Source: Dendrobates tinctorius (Eukaryota). From it: a stretch of 64,000 bases of DNA. This document shows, piece after piece, positions 22,201 to 34,200 of the stretch (its first letter is position 1; each line of letters begins with the position of its first letter). The stretch is from NCBI RefSeq assembly GCF_039654945.1, contig NW_027361684.1:19406001-19470000 (forward strand), given 5' to 3'. The notes beneath the pieces are model-generated. The model made no database searches. It was not told the DNA's origin and saw nothing but the letters and a program-made list of their open reading frames with translations. A program made the position numbers and the translations under genes.

Positions 22201-25200
22201 ATGCAATTCAGACAAAACCCAGTTGGAACCACCCACCACAATGAGGCAGTTAGAAACACTTTAGACTCCTTTCAGCATCTGTTGAGATGATATCCATCTT
22301 TTTAGGGGCACACAGAATTGTGGTCTTCCACACTTATGCGCTAAAAAAAATTCTAAAATAATGTGACACCACCGGAACAGAGACTAGAGAGAGTCAAAAG
22401 TGACTCCACGTGCCTCATAAGTGAGTGCTTCCATCGGGGCTTTGTCTGAATTGCGTTCTTTGGGTTTTACATGGAAATCCTGACATACAAGCTCACAGGA
22501 GAGCGTAAGATAAATGTAACCCGAGCTGTACTCTGATTTTTGGGAGGCAGATTGAACAAACAGACAGCAGTTCAAGAATAGTTCTTATTCTTGCAATGCT
22601 CACCATACGGTATAAGTGATAAAACCGCTTTATTGTCTGGGTCGGTGAGATTCCAGTGATACCAGATTTATAACAGGGATTTTAAGTTTTGCTGCAAAAA
22701 AACCTGTTTAACCCCTTTCCGACATCGGTGTGACGAACAGCCCACGGCCGTTCGTCCACTTACGGAGGCGACTAACGGGGGTCCCGCTGCCACCAAAACG
22801 CGACGGACAGCGGACCCTGTGTCACCACTATGTCACAGTCCCACCACTGACACGGGTGTATCAGCGGACGGAGGGACGAGACACAATGCCGGCACACGGC
22901 TATCACAGGCGCAGTGGGGCTTATCTTAGTTATCCCACCACTGGCACCATGTGACAAAAATATCCAGCAAGCTAATCTCGCTCTACAATTTGCCGCAGGG
23001 GGAGTTTAATTTGGATGCCCCACCACTGCTATCAATCTTCCAAGTACTGCGGGGATTTATGTATATCCCACTTTCTCAGTTCCACTTTGGAACTCGCAGC
23101 TCTCCGGCGCCCCCCTTACCCTCAGGTCAGTCAGGGAACTGCACCTAGGATAATTAGTCGCCGGACGGGCTGCCTGTTGTGAACCGGCAATTAGGCTTCT
23201 GCAGTAAGGGAATTATCAGCTGTGGCCGCAGCCCCTCATTCAGCTATATAAGACCCTTCTAGACTGCCAGCAAGCCGCAATAGCCGTGCACAACATGCTG
23301 CCACCAGTCACGGTTACTTAATTCACAGTGTTAAATTAAGAGGGTCCGTGGCAAACCCCTTGAATTAGTAGCGATTATCTATCAAAGGCGTATAGTTCGA
23401 GTCTTAGAGCATAGAGACAGATCTAAATAATTATTTCATTTATTTTCCGAAAGAGGACAGTGATTACAGATAAAAGTTGCTATAAAATTGAGACATAAAA
23501 TATGTACAGTACAGGTATAAAATAAAAGTGGAGAAAACAAAGAGATTACACTCACAGTTCCATATTGTTCCTTAGGCAGACCATGCGGCTAAGGTGGGTG
23601 GAGGCGGAGCTGCACTTCTCCGCTCATCTGGGTCTTTCTAGCACGACGACTTGAGCTGTTCTGCCCTGGTTTTGTCCAGGAAATGCTTTATAGACTTGCT
23701 ATGTGACATCACGGAGAGATGCATGCTGGGTTAATCCCACCTCTCCCTTTTGGATTTAGAATTACACTAGAAAACTTATACTAATCATAACTCCGTGGGG
23801 GCAGCCCGCACAGACACATATAGGGCATCATTGGTTGTGATTTGTTGAGTACAATAATTCAAGACCAAATATGCAGTAGTTCTGATACACCGTTTAGCTG
23901 GAACACATATCTCAGGTTCTGAAAGGATTACGCTTCGCAAGAACCACGGCAGCGACGCTGTGACCGCCCGGATTACAAAAATATGATTTTTATATCTCTA
24001 GGGTATATGGTTTTCGCAGGTCAGGCTCTTAAAGGTTTACTTCTGATTCCTGATTTCAAACAAAGAGTTTATTTACCGCACTTTTTTTTCTCTTTCAGCT
24101 GAGGCTGAGAGAAGCCAAATGATGTGGCAGGAAGTTGATTTATAATCACCTGGGGGGAAGGGAAGCTCCAGCAGGGTGCAATGTAACTGAGACACTGGCA
24201 GGCAGCTTCTTACAAAATGGAGGATTTTTTAGCACAGTGCAACAGAAAACATATCTTGCAGACATTGTACATCACACCTCCCCCCTTAAGAGGGCGCTAA
24301 GGAGGCATTACATCTCGGTAATCGGCCATGCGCACCTCAGCGGGTTCGCCCCGGCGGGACAACCCATCGGCATTGCCGTTTTCACTGCCCTTCCTGTGTT
24401 TTACAGTGAAGTCGTACTGTTGAAGGGCAAGGCTCCAGCGGAGCAACCTTCCATTGGTTCCGGACACTGTGTGCAACCAGCTCAGAGGGTTGTGGTCAGT
24501 TACCACCGTGAAGGCGCGCCCGTACAGGTAGGGCTGCAAACGTTGCAGTGCCCACACCATGGCCAGACACTCCTTCTCGATGGTCGAGTATGCCACTTCC
24601 CTCGGCAAAAGTTTCCGGCTCAGGTACAACACGGGGTGTTCTTGGTCCCCCGAGTCGACCTGGCTAAGCACAGCACCGAGGCCAAACTCGCTGGCGTCGG
24701 TCTGTACCAGAAACGGGCGACTGCTGTCGACTGCTCTCAACACTGGAGAGTTGCACAGGGCTGCTTTCAAAGCTTGGAAATCCGCCTCACAGTCATCTGT
24801 CCAGTTGACTGTTTGGGGTAGCCTCTGCTTGGTGAGGTCAGTCAAGGGTTTGGCAAGGGCGCTATAGTCCTGTACGAACCGCCTATAGTACCCTGCAGTG
24901 CCCAAGAAGGACTTCACCTGTTTCTTGGTCCTGGGGGTGGGCCAGGACACAATTGCGTCCACTTTTTCTGGCTCTGGACTCATGGAACCCCCGCCTACCC
25001 GGTGCCCCAGGTAGTGGACCTTGCGCATGCCTATCTGGCACTTCCCCGGCTTGATGGTCAGGCCTGCCTGGTGAAGACGCTTGAGCACCTCCTGGAGGTG
25101 CTGAAGGTGTTCCTCCCAGGTGGAACTGAAGACGGCAATATCGTCTAAGTACGCCACCGCGTACTCCTCCAGTCCCCGAAGCAGGTGGTTGACCATCCGC

Positions 25201-28200
25201 TGGAAAGTGGCAGGGGCATTCTTCATGCCGAAGGGCATGACCGTGGACTCGTACAGTCTAAAGGGGGTGATAAAGGCGGATTTCTCCTGCGCCTCAGAGC
25301 TCAGGGGAATCTGCCAGTATCCCCGACTCAAATCCATGATGGATATGTAGTTGGCGTTTGTCAACCGCTCGAGCAGATCCTCGATGCGCGGCATCGGGTG
25401 GGCATCAGAGGTTGTGATGGCGTTGAGCCCCCTGTAGTCCATGCAGAACCTGGTGGTTCGATCCTTTTTAGGCACGAGGACTACAGGTGAAGCCCACGAA
25501 CTTTTTGACCGTCGAATCACCCCCAGCCTTAACATCTCATCGATCTCTTGGCGCATGACTTGTTGCACCGTTTCAGAGATCCGATAAGGTGTTCGCCGTA
25601 ATGGGGCGTGATTCCCGGTGTCCACCTCATGAACCGCTAACTCCGTTCTCCCAGGACGGTTGGTGAACACGGGCCGGAAGAGTTCCAGGGTGGCCATCAA
25701 CTGCAACCGCTGGGACACGGTGAGCGAACCACTTATCTCCATGTCCCCAATGGACCCATTGGCCTTGGCCTGGGCCAGCATGTCCAGGAGGGGATCTTCC
25801 TCCCCATCCTCTGGCAGATTGCAGACCGGTAGGACGCAAGCTTCACGTTCGTAGTGCGCCTTCAGCATGTTGACGTGAAAGGCCTAGCGCCTACCCCGAG
25901 CATGGTCAAGCGTGACCACGTAGGTGACCGGGTTGAGCTGTTGGTGGACGACGTACGGGCCTTCCCAGGCTGCCTGAAGCTTATCCGTTGGTACAGGGAC
26001 CAGCACCCACACCTTTTGACCCACCTGGTAGGTCCGCTCCCGGGCGTTCTGGTCGTACCAGCGCTTCTGGTCAGCCTGAGCCTGCGTCATGTTGTCATGC
26101 ACCAACTGCGTCAAGGTCTGCATCTTGTCACGGAAGCGCATGACATAATCCACGATGGACACTTCTGTGGGGTTTGGCTCATCTTCCCAGGACTCTCTTA
26201 TCAACCCAAGGGGTCCCCGGACTCGCCTGCCATACAGGAGCTCGAAGGGGGAGAACCCGGTCGAGGCCTGCGGAACTTCTCTGTTAGCGAACAGCAGGTG
26301 TGGGAGGTGCCGCTCCCAGTCGCGCCCTTGGGTCTCAACCAGTATGCGGAGCATCTGTTTGAGGGTACCGTTGAAACGTTCACACAAACTATTAGTCTGT
26401 GGGTGATACGGACTCGATACCAGCTGCGTCACCTGCATTTTCTCACAGAGAGCCTCCATTAGGCGAGACATGACTTGTGGCCCTTGATCGGTAAGCATCT
26501 CCCTGGGAAATCCTACTCTTGAAAAGATGGTCACCAGTGCGTCAGCCACCTTATCTGCCCTGGTTGAAGACAGAGCTACTGTCTCTGGGTACCGGATAGC
26601 GTAGTCTACCACGGTGAGAATGTAGCGCTTTCCGGAGCTGCTGGGGACGGCCAGCGGGCCTACGATGTCCACCGCTATTCTCTGGAAAGGCTCCTCTATC
26701 ACCGGCAAAGGAATAAGGGGAGCCTTAAGAGCAGGCCCCGCCTTACCCACTTTTTGACAGGTGGCACAGGAGCGGCAGTAGTGTGTTACATCTGTCCCCA
26801 TCTTGGGCCAATAGAAGTGTTGAGACAGCCGTGCCTTTGTTTTGCTGATCCCCAAGTGTCCAGAGAGTGGAATCTCATGGGCAATCCGCAACAACTCAGT
26901 TCTGAACTGATAGGGGACGACCAGCTGTCTTTCCCTCAACCACTCCTTTTTAGGATCTCCGGGTACTGTCTCCCGGTACAACCTTCCTCGTTCCCAGAAC
27001 ACCTTCTCCTTATCAGACTCGGAGGTGGGCGTCTTGGCGAGACCTCTCAATTTCTCCAGGCTGGCATCTGAGTGCAGAGCAGCCTGGAACTCCATGCTGG
27101 AGGCTGCCAGAAGTGACGTCAGGGTCCCCTCTTTACTGGGACCCTCTGGAACCGGCTCTGGGTTCACCTCTGGTTCAGTCTCTCCGGTAGCAGCAGAGGG
27201 TCCAGAAGACAGTGCGTTACCTGCGATCTGGGCACTCTGACTGCGTGTGACAGCTGCTATGTATGCTGTCTCCCTGGGGATTTCTACAGACCCACCAGCC
27301 GGTGCTGGCTTGGGCTCTACCTCCCCATCCACCCCCAACACTTCAGGAGCAGTGCTACTTATGGGCCAGTTACCTTCCTCGGTGGCACTGGTCAGCTGCA
27401 TGGCATTACCTTCCTCATGGTCCCCATGCACCTCCCCATTTCCTTGAGCACCGTTGCTTACTCCTGCCAGGGGTTCCTCAGCCGTCTCACTCCGCAGAGT
27501 GACGGGGCTGAGCACTTCGGTACCTGTGGACACATCTACCGCTTCAAAGAAAGGGTTAACGGGTTCAGTCGGCACAGATACATCAACATCATCATCATCC
27601 TTCCTAGGAGAAGAATGGTTATCAGTTTGCTTTGGTACATTCACATCAGCATCAGCATCGTACCTGGGGAAGGAATGGTTGTTAGTTGCATCATTACTCA
27701 TCAAGGCATTAGCAGGTAACACATTCAGTTTCCCCTCAACAAACTCTTCATCATCAGGGTTAACGTTACCCTTATTATCAGTTTGGGGAAGGGTGTCAGG
27801 GACGTAGTATGCAACCATCCGCCCCAAGTCAGTCCCCAATAAAACATCAGTGGGCAAATTTTCAGACACTCCCACCTCCCTCAACCCGCTCCCAGCACCC
27901 CAATCGAGATAAACTCGTGCCACTGGCAAGGGACAACGGGTGCCTCCAATCCCGGTGACAGTCAGGGTTTTCCCCTCAACAAACTCTTCTGGGGCCGCCA
28001 GTCCAGGACGGATGAGGGTTCGTTCAGCCCCGGTGTCCTTGAGGCCTGTAGCAAGACGGGCCCCCACCTGAACAGGTTGAACGTTGTCGTCAGCCCTCCC
28101 AACCACACCTCCCACCAAAAGAACAGAGGCGTTGGGCCCGGGGGCCTTGGCTGGGGGGTTCTTCGGCCTGTTCGGACAGGCGTAAAAGAAGTGACCAGGC

Positions 28201-31200
28201 CGCTGGCAGTGGTGACACAGGCGACTGTCAGTAGCCGGCCTGTTGTTGGCAACAGGGACAGGGCCTCCGGAGGGACGGCTAGCTGGGGCATTGGGGTTGG
28301 TTGCTGGCTTACCCCCTTTCCAGCTGGTGGCGACTGGCCTCCGCGTCTCGGGCTTCTGGTTGGCCTCGTGGTTGTCGGCGATCTGCGCCGCTTTGTCCGC
28401 GTTCGTCGGTTCGCGGTCCAGGATGAACTGTCGGACCTCAGCTGGGCAGAGATGCAGGAACTGGTCTTTGATCATCAGGTCCCGTAGCTGCTCAAAGGTT
28501 TCAACGGACAGTCCATGGATCCACTGGTCAAAGTGGGTCCTGAGTCCTTGCACCACATCACTGTAGCTATCATGTGGGCCACGTTGGAGGTGCCGGAACT
28601 TCTTTCGGTATACCTCAGGTGTCAGCCGATATTTGGCGATCAGCGCCTCCTTTATGGCGCGATAGTCATCATCATGTGCTTGCGGAAGAGAAGCAAATGC
28701 CTCCAGAGCTTTGCCTTTTAGCCCTGGGGTCAAGTACCTGGCCCATTGGTCTTCGGGCAGTCGGTACTGTCTGCAGGCTTTCTCAAAGGCTCGCAGAAAC
28801 GTGTCCAAGTCCCCATCCTTTTCCATCACGGGAAAATGCTCTGGCCGGGGTTTAGGAGTCTGGACGCTGCTGGGCTCACTGGTTCGGGCTGTGGGGGCAT
28901 TCCACCCCCGCTGGAGCATCTCCAGCTCATGGGCCCTCTGAGCTTCTGCATGGCGCTCACGTTCGGCTTGGGCCTCCTGCCGATATTGCTGGATCAGCCT
29001 CACCCGCCCATCCCTGTCTTCGGCGGGGAGTTCGTCCAAGGCCATTTGCAGATAGGGGTCCACCCCGTTCTGGTTGAATGTGGGGCCAGCGCTCAGGAGT
29101 GGAGCCTCTGCTGCAGCCCCATTGCAACTTGGGCCAACTTCTGCGCTCGCTGGATTCTGGTCGTTGTCCAGCTGCACTAGAGCCGCGATCATTTGAGCTC
29201 TGTTTTTGTTCGTGGCGTCAAGGCCTTGGTACGTGCATAACGCAGCAAGAACTTCCTTTGTCTGCCGGTTGTACCAAGGTTCTCCTTTTGCCGCCATGGT
29301 TGCCAAATAAAAGATAGAAAAAGAAAAAAGAAGAAACGGGAGGGGGATACTTGCAAGTACACACTAATGTCTCAGGACTAGTAACCACTGAGTCTGTTCT
29401 CCAAAACCTATGATGCAGGATTCCCGCAGGAACCGTGCAGGTTTTTAGTGAGAGGAATGATTGCTCAAACCAAATCACTAATGCTCTAGGATTATCCCAC
29501 CGCTCTGCCACCAGTATGTGACGAACAGCCCACCGCCGTTCGTCTACTTACGAGCGACACTAATGGGGGTCCCGCTGCCACCAAAACGCGACGGACAGCG
29601 GACCACTGCTATCAATCTTCCAAGTACTGCGGGGATTTATGTATATCCCACGTTCTCAGTTCCACTTTGGAACTCGCAGCTCTCCGGCGCCCCCCTTACC
29701 CTCAGGTCAGTCAGGGAACTGCACCTAGGATAATTAGTCGCCGGACGGGCTGCCTGTTGTGAACCGGCAATTAGGCTTCTGCAGTAAGGGAATTATCAGC
29801 TGTGGCCGCAGCCCCTCATTCAGCTATATAAGACCCTTCTAGACTGCCAGCAAGCCGCAATAGCCGTGCACAACGTGCTGCCACCAGTCACGGTTACTTA
29901 ATTCACAGTGTTAAATTAAGAGGGTCCGTGGCAAACCCCTTGAATTAGTAGCGATTATCTATCAAAGGCGTATAGTTCGAGTCTTAGAGCATAGAGACAG
30001 ATCTAAATAATTATTTCATTTATTTTCCGAAAGAGGACAGTGATTACAGATAAAAGTTGCTATAAAATTGAGACATAAAATATGTACAGTACAGGTATAA
30101 AATAAAAGTGGAGAAAACAAAGAGATTACACTCACAGTTCCATATTGTTCCTTAGGCAGACCATGCGGCTAAGGTGGGTGGAGGCGGAGCTGCACTTCTC
30201 CGCTCATCTGGGTCTTTCTAGCACGACGACTTGAGCTGTTCTGCCCTGGTTTTGTCCAGGAAATGCTTTATAGACTTGCTATGTGACATCACGGAGAGAT
30301 GCATGCTGGGTTAATCCCACCTCTCCCTTTTGGATTTAGAATTACACTAGAAAACTTATACTAATCATAACTCCGTGGGGGCAGCCCGCACAGACACATA
30401 TAGGGCATCATTGGTTGTGATTTGTTGAGTACAATAATTCAAGACCAAATATGCAGTAGTTCTGATACACCGTTTAGCTGGAACACATATCTCAGGTTCT
30501 GAAAGGATTACGCTTCGCAAGAACCACGGCAGCGACGCTGTGACCGCCCGGATTACAAAAATATGATTTTTATATCTCTAGGGTATATGGTTTTCGCAGG
30601 TCAGGCTCTTAAAGGTTTACTTCTGATTCCTGATTTCAAACAAGGAGTTTATTTCCCACACTTTTTTTTCTCTTTCAGCTGAGGCTGAGAGAAGCCAAAT
30701 GGTGTGGCAGGAAGTTGATTTATAATCACCTGGGGGGAAGGGAAGCTCCAGCAGGGTGCAATGTAACTGAGACACTGGCAGGCAGCTTCTTACAAAATGG
30801 AGGATTTTTTAGCACAGTGCAACAGAAAACATATCTTGCAGACATTGTACATCACAATCGGGCGTACATTTACGCCGATGTCGGACTCCCTCCCTTTGAT
30901 GTGGGCTCCGGCAGTGAGCCCACATCTTTCTCATCTTTTGAACAGCTGACATGTGCCCGGAATAGCCCCAGGTGGAATTGAGATCCACCTACGGCTATTA
31001 ACCAGTTAAATGCCGCTGTCAAATGCTGACAGTGGAATTTAACAAACGCTTCCAGCAATCGCGCCGGAAATACGCCCACTAGTAACCCCTGTCACGTGAT
31101 CGCGGGTCACCGGTTCATTGGCATGACTATGGTTGTCAGTGCCGGCGTGCTGTGAGTGCCACCCGGTGGTCGGCGCTCAAAGCAAGTGAATAATTCTGCT

Positions 31201-34200
31201 ATATAGAAACGATCTGATCATTGCCTCTATGTAGCAGAGCTGATCAGGTTGTGGCAGCTTCTAGTCTCCCATGGAGACTATTGAAGCATGCCAAAAGTAA
31301 AAAAAAAATGTTTTTAAAAATATAAAAAAATTAAAAAAAATATAAAAGTTCCAATCACCTCCTTTTCACCCCATTCAAATAAAACAATAAAAAAAATCAA
31401 ACAAACACATATTTGGTATTGGCACGTTCAGAATTGCCCAATCTATCAATAAAAAAAGAGGACTAACCTGATCGCTAAACGGCATAGCGAGAAAAAAAGT
31501 CAAAATGCAACAACGGGCGATCAAAAGATTGTATCTGCACCAAAATGGTATAAATAAAAAAGTCAGCTCGGCTTGCAAGAAATAAAACCACAACCAACCA
31601 CAAATCCCGAAAAATAGAGACACTTCGGGTATCGGAAAATGGCGCAATTTTTTTTTTTTAAACAAAGTTTGGAATTTTTTTCACCACTTAGATAAAAAAG
31701 AACCTAGGCATGTTTGGTGCCTTTGAACTCGTAATGACCTGGAGAATCATAATGGCAGGTCAGTTTTAGCATTCAGTGAACCTAGTAAAAACTAAAGTGT
31801 GTGATTGTACTTTTGTGCAGTTTCACCGCACTTGGAATTTTTTTCCATTTTCTAGTACACAACATGGTAAAACCAGAAACACAAAAACGAAAATACCTCT
31901 GGAGGTTAAGGGGTTAAATAAAAAAGTAAAAGTGTTTTGTTTTATTTCAACCAATGGTGTCGTTCAAAAGTACAACTCGTCCTGCAAAAAAACAAGCCCT
32001 CACACGGCCATATTGATGGAAAAATAAAAAAGTTATGACTCTGGGAAGAAGGGGAGTGAAAAATGAAAACACAAAACTGAAAAAAAACTCTGGGGGTTAA
32101 GGGGTTAAAAAACTTTTCTAACATATTTTGAGAGCTTTTTTATTTTTTGGCAAACAGTGCTGCGTGAAGGCACAACGAGTTGGACATTTTTTTGGTATCA
32201 TTTTGGGGCACATTCAATTAAGCTATTGTTATGTCATGCGATCCCTGCGGCCAATCAGCAGCCTCTTCACACTACTCTCCTGCGGACAAATCAGAGTAGC
32301 TCTCACTTTCTCGGATGTCGCTGATTTGTTGGAAGGTGGCGAGAGTGAAGCCAGCTCTGATTGGCCACAGGGAGCACGTGACATTTTTTGACATAAGAAT
32401 ATCATGTGAGACCCGGAGACACCACTGAAACAGCACCGTCATCGGAGGTGAGTATAGGAGTATTAAAATTTTACTAAGAGGAAACATGGGGATTGAGAGG
32501 AGGTTGCCCGAGTAGTGGACATCCCCAGCCACGACATCTCTCACCCACGGTAGTCCAGGCAATGAAGTTCAGCTTGACAACTGTAGTCTAACAGGGAAAA
32601 CGTATTTTTAATAACAAAGGAAAGATAAAGCAAGGGAGACACAAAGCGCAATAGGGTCTTATCTGATAGTAAGTTAGCACCTTTTAAGTAGGAAGCAGCT
32701 CATCTGGTATTAGGTGGTTAAAGCACATGTAGGAAAGGCTGCCGCAGATTCACAGGTCGGTCAACGACCCGACAATACAATACACTGCAGAGAAGATGTG
32801 GATTCCAGGCCGCGCTGCCCAAATAATAGATTTCCAAGATGTAGTAACAGTTAAGAAGTGGTTTAATCTACTCGTTTCAGGGTGAATACCACCCCTTCCT
32901 CAGGAAAATACCACATATAGCTTATGTGGTAATCTCCTGAGGAAGGGGTGGTATTCACCCTGAAACGTGTAGAGTAAATCACTTCTTAACTGTTACTACG
33001 TCTTGGAAATCTATTATTTGGGCAGCGCGGACTGGAATCCACATCTTCTCTGCAGTGTATAATAAACAAGGATGGAATAGCAGAAAAGGAGTACAACACT
33101 GGATTCCTGATCTGTCCCTGACACCCACAGCAGCTGCAGCAGCAGCTGAAGATCAACAGTAGTCCATGCGCTGAAGTCTGGGCCAGAGTCCTGGGGTCCT
33201 TGTTGCGGTCATTTGTTCTTTCAATCTTTGGGAACCCTTTTGAATTTCTGGAGCCCTTTCAAGCTCCTTTGAGTCCTTGGAGTCTGGGGCAACAGACCTC
33301 TCCTGTCCGAGGGTCTGACAGTGGCCCGGATGGAAATCACATCTGCCCTGGCCAACTTATCTGGGCAGTTCTGAGGAAGCAGTAACTTCCTCTCTCCTTG
33401 TGGCTGCAAGTCCAGCCTCTTAATTAACTGTTCACTGTCCCTAACTATACACAGCCATTTAAAGGGGAACATCCACAATAAAATACAAGGCTTAACAAAT
33501 ACAGCACATACAAGGCAGAAAACACATATGTGACATTAAAGTATAAAACACTATAACATACAGGTACATAACATATGTAGATGAAAGTGCACGGGGGTCA
33601 CGCGGATAGAGAAGTGGGAACAACCGAGGGGACCTACCACCTCCTTATATTATTTTACCAGGAGGAAACATAGGGATTGAGAGGAGGTTGCCCGAGTAGT
33701 GGACATCCTCTTTAATTTCTTTAAGACACATCAGTCCTGACTGCAGTGACAATACATACAGTGTACCTTTAAATAGAATTGTAATAAGGAAAGGTCATAA
33801 ATTATGATCTGAACTTGTTTTTATGCTTCACCAGTGCATTATAATTCATTAAATGTCTACATTAAAGTGTTTTTCAGCTAAAAACCTTATTTTATTAGAA
33901 CTTAGCCTCCGTACATTAGCTTCTCATGCTAACTTACCAGACGCATCAGCTTATGTGCAGTTATGTACATGAGTTTCTAAGCATCAGACACCTAAGTTGT
34001 GTATTGATGCAGTTTTGTCAGTGTGTTTGCATCATCTGATTTATCCTTTTTTAAGGTGGAGAATACAAGTTAGAAGATGATGTTATTCTCGGATCTGTCA
34101 AACGCGCCAAGAAGCTGGTGGATTCAGCATACTTCCAGACTAGAACAAAGTAAGACTACCGAAGATGTATAACAATCACAGAAATGTGTCATAAGTCAAA

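Larger units (their letters stand above)
22708..32108. mobile_element. TTAA-flanked non-autonomous DNA transposon (parts 22708-22728 and 30857-32108) split by the Gmr1-like element
   Basis: TTAA-CCCCTT ... AAGGGG-TTAA termini; inverted relative at 60910-61797. Confidence 0.7.
32622..33060. mobile_element. Miniature palindromic Penelope-derived insertion with two divergent hammerheads
   Basis: ~138-bp arms 32780-32917 / 32923-33060, 5-nt loop TAGCT, imperfect direct flanks AATAACAAAGGA / AATAAACAAGGA. Confidence 0.75.

Noticed and set aside
24135-29180. Long + strand ORFs (228, 202, 144 aa etc.)
   Set aside because: Antisense shadows of the GC-rich gag-pol with no motifs.
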